Notes under the pieces: model-generated
Database searches by the model: none
Seen by the model: the letters and a program-made list of their open reading frames with translations, nothing else
What the model was told of the DNA's origin: nothing
NCBI GenBank assembly: GCA_002269645.1
Contig: NIVC01000732.1
Coordinates: 124,001-188,000, forward strand
DNA length: 64,000 nucleotides
Source of the DNA: Macrostomum lignano
Lineage: Eukaryota
Direction of reading: 5' to 3'
Shown: positions 12,530-23,942 of the stretch, one piece after another
Layout: each line of letters starts with the position of its first letter
How positions within the stretch are numbered: position 1 is the stretch's first letter
Translations under genes and position numbers: made by a program

Positions 12530-13418
12530 AGTTTAGCCACGCACTTGAAACAAAGTGCAGATAGCTTAAACTAAAAGGAACTGGATGACTTCCTAATAGG
12601 CAAATACAGTGCAGATTGGCGAACTAATATAAACAAATGAATTTAAGCTCACTCAATTACTGAATACTGATTCAGTTTCGTTTCGACGTCTCGTAGGATG
12701 TAGGCTAGTGTACCACTGTTGTACCTTAATTAAGATTAAGAAGTTATAGTACAGGTATAGGTCCTACTTATTGGCCTAACTAATAATCAAATACAAAAAC
12801 AGTTGGCCTAACTATAAAAAGGAACAACTTGAGATTAAGACTAGGCCTAGGCACAGTTTTATTAAATAAAAAAGTGCCTACTATCTAGTATAGTGCATGC
12901 AATCAAAATTATACTCGTATGCAATCTTAGAAAGCTTGTTAAAATAAATACATCTTTTATATATGAAAAAAGAGCCCTGTATTAGTAAATGTATATTTTT
13001 TATTCTTGGATAAAGTTGGTTTCTAATATTTTGATAAAACGAACTGCATGTTTAAAAATATACTTTCAAAGAAAAATAAACTCTTAACTTCGAGATGTGT
13101 GAGCGCACCACACACACACCACCAAGTAAGTATATGCTAAATGCACGACTATGTAGTTAAAATTGAATTGGTTGACTAGATTAGTTAATATGAGTAATAA
13201 GTAAATGGTAGTTGTTATTGTTACAATGACCATATAAATAGCGAAACGGTTATTTTACACTACAGCCAACACAGAAAACAAAACTTGCAGTGCAAATAAT
13301 CCAATATACTAAAAATTATTAATTAAGAGGCTGCCAGGCTGGTAAATTTAAAAAATAAGGAAATATGTAAATTAATACGTTGATACAATGGTAACTTCTA
13401 TTGTTTATTGTCACCGAC

Positions 13419-13744
13419 CTGGGTTTTTTTGGGCCATATAGGATTTTTTGGCCCCCTGAAAATCTCATTGGCAACTGGATTTTTGGCATCAGAGGCCAAT
13501 CTGGCAACTTCATTTTCCCAATGCCAGTTGCCAATTTCAAAAATTGTTTTTGTAAGTGTAACAAAAACAGAACAGTCTCATTCCCTGCAATTATACAGTG
13601 CATACATGTTTAATGAGCCTTGGAAATATTCATCCTCAAGAATTTGGCTAGTTGCCAATGCGCAACCAAAAATAGCCAATGGCAACTGGATTTTGAGCCC
13701 CAAGGGCCAGCTGGCAACTGGTTTTCCAACTTAAAAAAACCCAG
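13419..13744. mobile_element. MITE with 8-bp TSD (hAT/P-like)
   Basis: TIR ctgggttttttt / aaaaaaacccag; flanks tcaccgac (13411-13418) / tcaccaac (13745-13752); internal ggcaactgg / ccagttgcc repeats. Confidence 0.7.
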
Positions 13745-14049
13745 TCACCAACTCTAGTTAGCTTACTGCTTAGGCTACTTAATGTATTGTTAACTAGGCC
13801 TGCCTAATTAATGACAATGTGTTTTGTAATATTCTCCATGCTAGTAAAAACAGCAATCTGTCTTCTTACATATGGTGACTGTAAAAATAACAGTTGTGCT
13901 ATTTATATAGTTACGTAAAGTTATACCTTAAGCCAGATAGTAGGCCTATGAGCATATTTGTCTTGCAGCCTCTTGCTTGGCAAAAAGGTTTTATAAATAT
14001 TGCATACTATAGCAACCATGCTTGGGTGCAACCTAGGGATTCACCTAGC

Positions 14050-14135
14050 CATTTCTATTGGCAACACACACATGTAAGTCGCTATTGGATGGAAAAGTAA
14101 TCACGTGACTCAGTGACTGCTCTCAGCCAATAGCA
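14050..14135. promoter_or_regulatory. cluster of CCAAT boxes plus a TCACGTGA E-box
   Basis: ATTGG at 14057 and 14084, CCAAT at 14127, TCACGTGA at 14101-14108. Motif match only. Confidence 0.3.
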
Positions 14136-14157
14136 CCTTACATGTGTGTTTTGCCAA

Positions 14158-16073
14158 CCCGCCTGGCCCAATCATCCAGCAATATCTCCGGGCACAATTC
14201 CGAATTTTCATCCCGCTCGTAATATAAAATTCCCATTTAAAATACCGGACGAAAGCCGGAGAAATTGTTAACATTCCAGATGAGAGTGTGAATTTTGAGT
14301 ACTTTCATCCGGGTCTACATCCGGGGGTTTATCCGGAAGAATCTCCGGTTTCCCTCCGGTTTTTAGCGGATGTAAATGCGGACGACAAACCGGATCAAAT
14401 CCGGATCAGCAGTGCAGGATGAAATACCGGGTGAATTTCCGGATAAAAACCGGACCAACGCGACTGGGTTCCTTAGTGGATGAAACGCCGGGTGAATTTC
14501 CGGATAAAAAGCCGGATCTCGATAGACGCGGAGATAGATTTGGCAGCATAAATTTGATTACTAAGAGAAGAAAAAATGGGAAACATGTAACACAGTCTGG
14601 AGCAATTATTCCGGCTTCAAAATTCACGCCTGGCGAAATACTTCCATTCCTTGCACTCCATCAATACATTCCGTATATTTTTTTCAAATTCAAATAGACA
14701 TCAGCGATTTACAGAGGGCCAGTGCCAGTTCCCTCTCACGTCACCACCTACAATGTCACCATCGTCTACTCTCTCAAGCACCTAAACCATCTCACCCTCT
14801 ACTCTCTCAGTCTCTCTACTCTCACCATCCCTCTAATCTCCCACCTCCCCTCTACTCGATCACATTCCTTACTGTCACCCTCCGTCACAGGACAAACCAC
14901 CATGGATCGCTATAACAGTAGACATTGGGGGCTCCACCACAGATTAAGAAATATATTAAGCACTATATAGACTAACTACAGATTAAGGGCTCTACCTCGG
15001 ATGCCAAAGGGGACCACAAAATTTTATTTTTTAGTTATTGGGTTGTTAGGAAAGTTCTGTCCGTTTTTATACTTTTCTATGCAGAGGATAATGAAGCTGT
15101 GTTGGATGCCAGCTGGCATCCAAAGTCTGCCCTCTCGTTGGCAGAGGGTCATCGATTGCAGTGATGGCAATTATTTTACTGAGTAACACTGCTGCATTCC
15201 TATGAAAACTTGCTCCAACCTATTTCAGCCAAAACGGACGGAAGTTTCCTAACAGTCGAACTTAAAATTCTTCTGCTACTAATTGCGAACTATTAGGTTC
15301 AGCATGTCGTCACTCCCGTCCAGCTGCGATATGTCGACAACATGTCCGAGTACGCCAGAGTCGGACAGCTGGGTGGTGGACGGCTTGGTGGTTCCCGGTT
15401 TTGTGGCACCCGGCTTGGTTCTGACACGCTTCGGGTACCCCAGCTTCTCGCGAGCTGTTTCACCGCAACGGGTGAATGCTCAGTGGAGTTCGGCTGGAGT
15501 GTAAACAACAGATGCATTCGCCAGCCACATTTTGGCTACGGCCAATTTTCCAGGGTTTGCAGCTGCTGACCTGTAGCCAGACGACTTTCTGGACAACAAA
15601 AATCGTGTCCTAAAGGGTTTAAAGTTGGACCAAAAGTAAATTTCGTGTTAATTTCTATCCGAAATCGAACCAACAGCTTGCAAAATGTCAGAGTTGCGTC
15701 CCAGCGGGATTTAATCCGGTATTTGATCCGTTTAGATCCGTCTCGAACAGTGGAGAAACGAGTGGAAGAAATACCGGATCAATTTCCGGACGAAAAAACT
15801 ACTCTCGTCCGGAGGTCATCCGGATTATGCTCCGGGTTTTGTCCAATTTTTGTTAGAAAATCGACCGGATAAATTTCCAGGTGAAAAACCGGACGTAAGA
15901 CGTTTGCAAAAAACTTTTTATCCGGTTTTGGTCCGGAGGATCCTCCGAATTTTGATCCGGACTGTACAACCGGATAAAATCCGGATGAAATTTAGCTTGA
16001 TCCGGAAAAACCGCTAAAACCGGACAATTCTGGACCAAATCCGGACAAAAACCGGGTGTTTGGGCCAGGCGGG
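14158..16073. mobile_element. non-autonomous EnSpm/CACTA (CMC)-type DNA transposon
   Basis: 12-bp TIR cccgcctggccc / gggccaggcggg, 2-bp TSD AA/AA, dense subterminal CCGGAT/ATCCGG arrays at about 14180-14520 and 15700-16050; no transposase ORF. Confidence 0.7.
15038..15260 (+). mobile_element. internally deleted mariner element nested in the CMC element
   Basis: About 30-bp imperfect TIRs (ttgggttgttaggaaagttctgtccgtttt / aaaacggacggaagtttcctaacagtcgaa) and TA on the left flank. Retains the transposase C-terminus GIQSLPSRWQRVIDCSDGNYFTE*. Confidence 0.8.
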
Positions 16074-16086
16074 AATAGAAACGGCC

Positions 16087-19055
16087 CACGCCTATGCAGA
16101 AGCTGAAAATGGGAAAAGAAAATTCCCTAAGAAACTGATGCTTTTCCCAGCCCCAATGACCTATGCAGATTTTAAAAACAGTGTCAGACAAATCTAATCG
16201 CCTTGTCCAAAAAAAATAGAATGGAAAATTGAAATTATGTGTTCTCAGCTGCATGTTCAGTATTAGATTTGTCAGTTGCGCCATTGCAAGTAGTGAAAAC
16301 AATTGCGTAACAAGAGCAGGCATCAATTGCAAAGTTTAGAGCATAAATTTAAGGGCGTCATAAAATGCTGTACATTATTAGATAGAAATTTTGGCAGACA
16401 ACTCAAATGTACATATTTATTGAGATCTATTGTGATTAAGGGATTGAGAAACAATGAACAGACTATGTACATTCATAAAGTAGAACATGCCTCTTATCAC
16501 AAGTTTGCTAACATGCAGACTTCCTTTGAAAATGAAGTTGCAGTCAATTGAAAAAATTACCCTCAGTACTCAAATCAGTTCTCTGGCCTCGCGATGCCAA
16601 ACTTTCGACGCACACATGAAAAGAATCGTATCTGGTGCTGCATCTTCTGCTTCCGCAAAGCCGATTGCGTTATTTCAGCTGCTCAGGCAGAACTCATCGA
16701 GCAATTTATCCTGCCAGAATTCTGTCATGCCTACATCCGTAATACTCTGCCAGGAGGCATGTGCAGCTGCTGCAGCAAGAAATTGCAGTCACAGACGTCA
16801 CCTGTACCGCAAGAACTGCCTGCTCGACTGCCATACCTTCAAATTGTTGCAGATTTGGAGGTTTTGCCACAACTCACACGTGAGCATCCGCACTGCTCCT
16901 GCTGTATCTGCCAGGTAGTTTCCAGCCCATCAAACAAGCGGGTGGCGGTCTGGCACCCATACATGTCTGACAGCAGCCGGGCCAACCATAAATTGCCCCA
17001 AGGACGACCTGCAGAAACAACTCGAAGCCAGGACAGAGACTCGGAGAAGCGCTGCACTAGGTGCCACTCACTTGTGGGCAAAGGCCTGAGGCACGAGTGC
17101 AGCGTCTCCAGCAAGCTGCAGTACCTGCGCACGCTCAGCCCTACATCAAAAGAGCACATCGCTCATGACGTGATGCGTGAAAAGCTAAGAGCAGCAGCAG
17201 CATCAGGACATGGATCAACGGCTTCTATTTCCAGCGCCACCGGTGGCCCACCAATGCAGCTGAGGCATGCAAGTGATTCAAATGAGCAGAGAGCGCTGAG
17301 GACCGAGACACTAGTAACGTTAAAGACATCTCTCAATCTGAGTGACCGGCAGACAAACATGGCAGCCACAATTATCAGGCAGGCAGAGGGCAGTCGTAAG
17401 GCCGTGCAACCCAGACTGCGGGCAGCTCTGGCAGCCGCAGGCAGCATCGCGGAGAGTTTTTTTGAAATGCAGCAGCTCAAATTCACTCAAAAGTCCTCAG
17501 GTGGCAGCTTTACTGATACCACAAGATGTTCCATCATATGCCCCGATCTGCAGGGCCTGCTGAGCTTCATTTGCTCAAAGCGAGGATTTAGTGAGTTCGA
17601 TGTGAGATTGAAGCTGGGGATGGACGGAGGTGGTGGCCTGCTGAAAATCTGTCTTATTGTCGCCCCAGTACTGCCTACCAAACCACAGGCAGAGTCCACA
17701 CCTAAAAAGCTGAGCAGGGAGTCGCGAATAAGCAACTTTGGCGTAAAAAAACTGTTTATCATCGCGATTGTTGAGGATGTCCAGGAGAACTATGCAAATG
17801 TGCGAGCACTTCTGGATGAGCTAGACTTGACATTGATTAAGTTCACAGTCGCTTGCGACTTCAAGCTAGCCAACATCCTGTGTGGCCTTCAAAGTCATGC
17901 CGCAGCTCATCCTTGTCTCTACTGTGAGGGGCAGGCGCCGTGGCAAGTTGCCGGTTCCATAAGAACCCTTGGATCCATTCGTCGGATGGCCACAGCATTC
18001 GAGGCTGCTGGTAGCTGCCAGCGACTGGCAAGAAACTACGCGAGCTGTGTCAGACAGCCTCTTCTCCCTGGGGCTGATTCTATGCCAATGCTGGACCTCG
18101 TGCCACCACCAGAGCTGCACATCATGCTTGGTGTGACCAACAAACTGCTCAATCAGCTGAACTCAGCTTGGGGCGACGACAAGGCATACAAGTGGGCGCA
18201 TTCAGCTGGAATCTGTCGCGAGCAGTACCACGGCGGGTGTCTGGAAGGCCCTGCGTGTGTCAGATTGCTGCTTAAATCTCAAGAGCTCAAGAGCAACCTG
18301 CCATCAAGGCTCCAGGGCTATGTGTCTGCTCTCATGGCATTCGATGCTGTTCGCCAAGCATGCTTTGGGCAACAGCTGATGAGCGACTTTTGCCAGAAGA
18401 TTGCCCAGCTGGAATCCTGCTGCGCTGAACTGAAGCTGGTGCCGACACCTAAGATGCACGCCCTTTTCCACCATGTTCCGGAGTTCTGCAAGCGATTCAA
18501 CTCAGGCCTTGGGACCTTCAGTGAGCAGGCAGTCGAGTCTGCACACAGCGACTTTCGTTCGACGTGGCAGCGGTTTCGCAGGCCTCTGGGGCATATGCAG
18601 TATGCAGAATGCCTGCTGCGCGCAGTTGTTAGCTACAATTCCAGCCATATTTGATGTCAAGCATTTTCATGCCTGCAAAGATTTCTAGGATTTAGCTTGT
18701 GTACTTAATATCCATGCGCACTTTATTCCATACGGACATTAGCAATAATAAGTGCATGGTTCTCATTTTATAATATTAATACTAATACAGTTGCACGTTC
18801 CTTTAATGATTAATAATAATATTATAACTATGACCTTATATTAACATTAATATTATCGATGGGTTTCGCCTTAAAAACCTATCATATTACATGTAATTTG
18901 CATAAAATATAAAAAATTCATATTACCATTTTTGACAAGGCAATTAGATTTGTCTGACACTGTTTTTGAAATCTGCATAGGTCATTGGGGCTGGGAAAAG
19001 CATCAGTTTCTTTGGGAATTTTCTTTCCCCATTTCTCAGCTTCTGCATAGGCGTG
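16087..19055 (+). mobile_element. full-length Chapaev-like (CMC, RAG1/Transib-related) DNA transposon
   Basis: About 121-bp TIRs (16087-16207 / 18934-19055, only a few mismatches), termini CAC...GTG, single 686-aa ORF. Confidence 0.88.
16594..18654 (+). CDS. Chapaev-type DDE transposase with Cys/His-rich N-terminal domain, 686 aa
   Basis: N-terminal H...CxxC / CxxC / CxCxxC clusters. Core motifs KLGMDGGGG, ACDFKLANILCG..H..HPCLYC, PPPELHIMLG, TPKMHALFHH and SEQAVESAH, in the RAG1/Transib-like order D, D-CxxC, HxxxxH, E. Uninterrupted ORF. Confidence 0.88.
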   Translation: MPNFRRTHEKNRIWCCIFCFRKADCVISAAQAELIEQFILPEFCHAYIRNTLPGGMCSCCSKKLQSQTSPVPQELPARLPYLQIVADLEVLPQLTREHPHCSCCICQVVSSPSNKRVAVWHPYMSDSSRANHKLPQGRPAETTRSQDRDSEKRCTRCHSLVGKGLRHECSVSSKLQYLRTLSPTSKEHIAHDVMREKLRAAAASGHGSTASISSATGGPPMQLRHASDSNEQRALRTETLVTLKTSLNLSDRQTNMAATIIRQAEGSRKAVQPRLRAALAAAGSIAESFFEMQQLKFTQKSSGGSFTDTTRCSIICPDLQGLLSFICSKRGFSEFDVRLKLGMDGGGGLLKICLIVAPVLPTKPQAESTPKKLSRESRISNFGVKKLFIIAIVEDVQENYANVRALLDELDLTLIKFTVACDFKLANILCGLQSHAAAHPCLYCEGQAPWQVAGSIRTLGSIRRMATAFEAAGSCQRLARNYASCVRQPLLPGADSMPMLDLVPPPELHIMLGVTNKLLNQLNSAWGDDKAYKWAHSAGICREQYHGGCLEGPACVRLLLKSQELKSNLPSRLQGYVSALMAFDAVRQACFGQQLMSDFCQKIAQLESCCAELKLVPTPKMHALFHHVPEFCKRFNSGLGTFSEQAVESAHSDFRSTWQRFRRPLGHMQYAECLLRAVVSYNSSHI

Positions 19056-21192
19056 TTCCGAAATATTTCCCAAGGTTGCCTATGTATAATAGCAACTCTT
19101 TGTTTACTGCCAAACTTTAAATTAATAGTAGGCTTAGATGTAAGGGCTAAGGCTGCTAAGGACTGAAAAAAATATAGAAATTTGATCTTTATTGTGTTTT
19201 ATGATAAACTGTAATGATTATAGTCATTACAGTGACTAGATATTTCAATGACAATTGTTTTAGTGACTAGAAAAACCTTCTTCATGACAACCATTGTAGT
19301 TTCAAGAAGAAAATTATCTTGTCAATTTTAAGTGATATGAAACCTAAAAATTCAAAGGTTTTTTACTATAGTAGTTAAAGTGTTGTTTCATTTTTAGGTT
19401 TATTTACTATCAATAGAGTTGCAATCTTGGCAATCCTTTGGTTTCCTGCTCTAAATTATTTAAACCCCTTTTTGAACTTTTCAGAGTCCAACAAGCTCAT
19501 AGAGCTTTTGCAAGAGTTCACAGAGTTCTACCTAAGATAGTAGGGTATAATCTAGTAGAAAATATTGCCAAAGTACTATTGGGAGAAAGCTTGGTGCCAT
19601 ATAAACTCTTGCAGGTATGTTTTGAACAAATTTTCACTGGTTCCAAACTTAGTATATAGCTCCAAACTTGGTTTTGCAGTTGCCCCGCATTCCCTCTATA
19701 GTATTTGTGTTAACTGCTAGGTTGTTGATATCCCGGAAATGCAGCAAATGGTTGACCATTAGATGATTGGCCAAAGTGTTATAGGCAGCCCATTGGTCCA
19801 GGGTTTAAATAATTTGGAATAGGAAACTGAAGGATTGCCACAATCTTTTGTTATGGGCCTATATTTGTACATTTTTCTTTTTTGATAAATATTTCTCCAC
19901 CATGCTTTTCTCAATGAGCATTTCATAAGAAGGATCCTATATGTTTGATTGGATCCTCTATCCTCATTCCTCTATGATCAAAAGTTACTAGTAATCAAAA
20001 GCTTCTAGCAGTCAAAAGTCATTGGCAAACAAAAGTTGCTAGCAAACAAAAGTTATCAGTAAACAAAAGTCTGGCAGCAAAAGTCCTGAAGTCAAATTGT
20101 GGCAATCAAAGGTTGGTAGCAACCTTTCATTACCTTTCATTACCCTCTTTACCCCTTTATTTTATCATTTTTACCATCAATCTATCATTTTTACCTTCAC
20201 TTTATCCTCTTTATCCTCATTCTACCTTGATCTCTCTTGCTGATTTAATTAGGAGCTGCAATGATATTTTAAGTTTTTTTTTCAATTCTTAATTATCAAG
20301 TAGCCAATATTATTTAATATAAGAACTATATATTATAAATGTGTAATATAAATATATTAAATATGTAAGTATATGATAAATATCTATTATATGCATTTTA
20401 TGTAAGGTTTTTTAATTTTGATAGGGGCCTATAGTTTTTTCCATCTTCAATATTTGTATTGCACTTTTATACATTGTTTTAATGTTTCTATGTCTTGTAT
20501 AATGTTTCTAGGGAATTTTTGTAGTTGATGTTTTTCAAACTTATTCTAATAAAGCACAGTAGTTATCCACCAAGGACCTCAGTGTTTATTATGATTCTGC
20601 ACCAAGTGTCCAAAGTTTCCATGACATATGCCACCTTCTTGACTATATGGTCATAGCCTAGGCTAGGTGCCTATTGATGTTTTTGCAATTGCAGTCAGAT
20701 GATCCTAAAACTTAAAATCATATTAAATTATGAGTTATGGTTATAGTAAGATCATAGATGAAATTGTATATCCTTTTTTATAAAAGAAAAATCCAGACTT
20801 TTGCTCTCTTCTCAAAGTCAAACATCTATTATCAAAGCTAAACTATATATTGCCTTTTGTTTTTAGCTTGACGCTATGAAAGGGTCTTGAAGTCTAATTA
20901 ATAATATCTTGTCCCAATCAATAGTAAGTAAAATAAACCTAGATCATTTGCTATGAGACAGAGTTGTCTTAACACTAATTGTGGGGCATTGTTAGAAAAA
21001 GTGTTTCACTAGGGTGCCCACAGCCCTCATTGGATATACATTTGTACCATTTTAAGATAATTATGTGTGCATAATAGCTAATAATAGCTATTTTGTAATC
21101 CTAAGATTTCAATCCTTAAGTATGTTAAAAATTTGCATAATTGCATGAGTATCGATTGATACACTATATACAGTGCGATAAGCAACTTATAA

Positions 21193-21462
21193 ATGGCAAG
21201 CACAAACACGAACGATCGTGCAGCAATGGACGAGTTTCTTTCCTCAGCTCGGTCTGGCAGACGCTTCGCCATTGTTGGCCCAGGCGGCAGCAATGGCTTT
21301 GGCAGTAACAGCGCCATTGTTGTGGAGTCTGGCAGTAGGAATTCCGACGGTAGTGGAGGCGCTGGTGGCGGCAGCGGGGGTCCAGTCTTTTTTAAGGAGG
21401 TGTCAAGTAGAATGGCTAATTTGTCATCTGCCACTAGTCAGAGACGCCAGTCAAAGACCTAA
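21193..21462 (+). CDS. cAMP-dependent protein kinase inhibitor (PKI)-like microprotein, 89 aa
   Basis: EFLSSARSGRRFAI matches the PKI pseudosubstrate consensus (human PKIA DFIASGRTGRRNAI). Good ATG context (taaATGg), acceptor tacag at 21168-21172, AATAAA at 21845. Confidence 0.75.
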   Translation: MASTNTNDRAAMDEFLSSARSGRRFAIVGPGGSNGFGSNSAIVVESGSRNSDGSGGAGGGSGGPVFFKEVSSRMANLSSATSQRRQSKT

Positions 21463-22384
21463 GAGGCTCTTCGTTCCTGTGTTCCTCTGGTGCCTAAATG
21501 AGCTGTGAAAAAATCTTTGTGTCACACCTTAATTACACTGGAAACAGTGAATCTTGTTGATTATTTGATTAGAAAGGTAGAGTACTGATCTATGTGTGTG
21601 AAATCAATATTTTACTTGCTGTACATGAGTGATTTTCCCGCACGCTCCATCGATAATGACATTTCTAAGAAAATCCTTGACTATAAAGTCGATATCGAAT
21701 GTACATTAATAGGGATTCCCCATCCACTCAATCGATATTGGATGTACATTATTCGAGATTTCCCACCCGCTCAAACGGTATCACATATAGATAAGTAGAG
21801 AAGAGAGATTTCCTTAACTGTTAAAACGATTTTTCGATGCGCATAATAAAGGAATTTTCCATATTGCACCTAAAACTCCGACAGAACTTGAGAATTAGTC
21901 TGTATTGTATAGATTTTAAGCCCAAGCTTTGCCTATAACCGTGACGTGTTGTGAGTAATCGTTTAACTAGGCTGTGTTTTGTGATTGCCATTTATCAGCT
22001 TTCTCTCTGTCGTGCTTTTTTAGCGACCTTAGCTGTCGTCTTGCTACATTTTTAAAAGTTTTTTTTCTACAGCTCAAAATTTTTACAATCGTCTCAAATT
22101 CAGCTTAGTATATCATATGTAATATACTTCAGTATATGGTTTAACCTGCTTTGTTTGCTTGGGATATATATTGTTCATTTTAATGTTTCAATACTGTATT
22201 AGTATGTTTTTTAATCAAGTTTTACTTATTTTTTCAACACTTATATTTAGAATAATTTGAAATAGATAGTTTTGCCAGAGAAGTAATAGAAAAATAGTTC
22301 TTTACCTTTCTCTGGTAGTTTATGATGGAGTGTTGGAAAAGTCTATACGCGATTTTTAGAGTAGCTTCAGGGCAATTCTTGGGG

Positions 22385-23415
22385 TAGTTAAAGGGTGATT
22401 CTGTAGGTTGTTTAGTGGTGATTCTGTAGGTAGTTTAAGGGTTATTCTTAATGTAGGTTAAGGGTAATTCTTTAGGCAGTTTGAGGGTGAGGGTAGTTTA
22501 AGGGTTATTCTTAATGTAGGTTAAGGGTAATTCTGTAGGCAGTTTGAGGGTGATTCTTTAGACAGTTAAAGGGTGATTCTGTTGGTAGTTTAAGGGTAAT
22601 TCTGTAGGTAGTTTAAGGGTGATTCTGTAGGTAACGTAGTTTAAGGGTGATTCTTAATGTAGGTTAAGGGTGATTCTGTAGGCAGTTTAAGGGTGATTTT
22701 TTAGGTAGTTTAAGGGTGATTCTTTAGACAGTTTAAGGGTGATTCTGTAGGTAGTTTAAGGGTAATTCTTTAGGCAGTTTAAGGGTGATTCTGTAGGTAG
22801 TTTAAGGGTGATTCTGTAGGTAGTTTAAGGGTAATTCTTTAGGCAGTTTAAGGGTGATTCTGTAGGTAGTTTAAGGGTGATTCTGTAGGTAGTTTAAGGG
22901 TGATTCTGTAGGTAGTTTAAGGGTAATTCTTTAGGCAGTTTAAGGGTGATTCTGTAGGTAGTTTAAGGGTAATTCTTTAGGCAGTTTAAGGGTGATTCTG
23001 TAGGTAGTTTAAGGGTGATTCTGTAGGTAGTTTAAGGGTAATTCTTTAGGCAGTTTAAGGGTGATTCTGTAGGTAGTTTAAGGGTGATTCTGTAGGTAGT
23101 TTAAGGGTAATTCTTTAGGCAGTTTAAGGGTGATTCTGTAGGTAGTTTAAGGGTGATTCTGTAGGTAGTTTAAGGGTAATTCTGTAGGTAGTTTAAGGGT
23201 GATTCTGTAGGTAGTTTAAGGGTGATTCTGTAGGTAGTTTAAGGGTGATTCTGTAGGTAGTTTAAGGGTGATTCTGTAGGTAGTTTAAGGGTGATTCTGT
23301 AGGTAGTTTAAGGGTGATTCTGTAGGTAGTTTAAGGGTGATTCTGTAGGTAGTTTAAAAGCGATTCTCAATGTAGTTTAAGGGTGATTCTTGGGGTATTT
23401 TAAGGGCGATTCTCA
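22385..23415. repeat. 23-bp minisatellite (gtaggtagtttaagggtgattct), about 44 copies
   Basis: Tandem units directly visible, with two alternating variants. Confidence 0.92.
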
Positions 23416-23942
23416 AATGCAGTGAGTGAATAAGCTACTCTTTCTCGAGTTAAAGGTAGTAATTTTAAAATAGATTTTTTTGCGAAGCTTAGATAGAAAC
23501 AATATATATTTGTAGATGGCTATAAATTAATTTTGGGTTTGCGTTCGGTAAGATTGCATCTCACACTCTGTTCAGGCCCTCTTAATATTATCCCCTGTTG
23601 GGTTTCCTACAGCAGTTCAATTATCGCGCTCGCAACATTGCATTTATCACGCTTCAACTCCTTCATCAACAACTACTAATTGGCTGATAATTTACTTTCT
23701 TGTGCTACTGCTAGCATTGGAAATAGCCATGTGTATATTGCCTCTGGCAAGTTCGCGAACTATAATAGATAAACAGATTTCCTCATTTGGTCACGGCTGT
23801 CTTGATCGTGCGTGAATAATTGCTTCATTCTATATTTAGATCTGTCTGTATTGATCGCACTTTCTGAGTACGGACAAAACATTGAGTTCTGATTGTCCGT
23901 TCCAAGCAGCATTGCAAACAGATCAAAGTCAAAACTGAACGC

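Noticed and set aside
16087-16130. True RSS (heptamer-12/23-nonamer) in the Chapaev TIRs
   Set aside because: Only CAC matches the heptamer. The best nonamer-like word (agaaaattc) is 6/9, and the two ends are symmetric rather than 12/23 asymmetric. No RAG2-like ORF is present.
22385-23415. Interstitial telomere (contains TTAAGGG)
   Set aside because: The unit is 23 bp with a single telomere-like word; it is not a (TTAGGG)n run.
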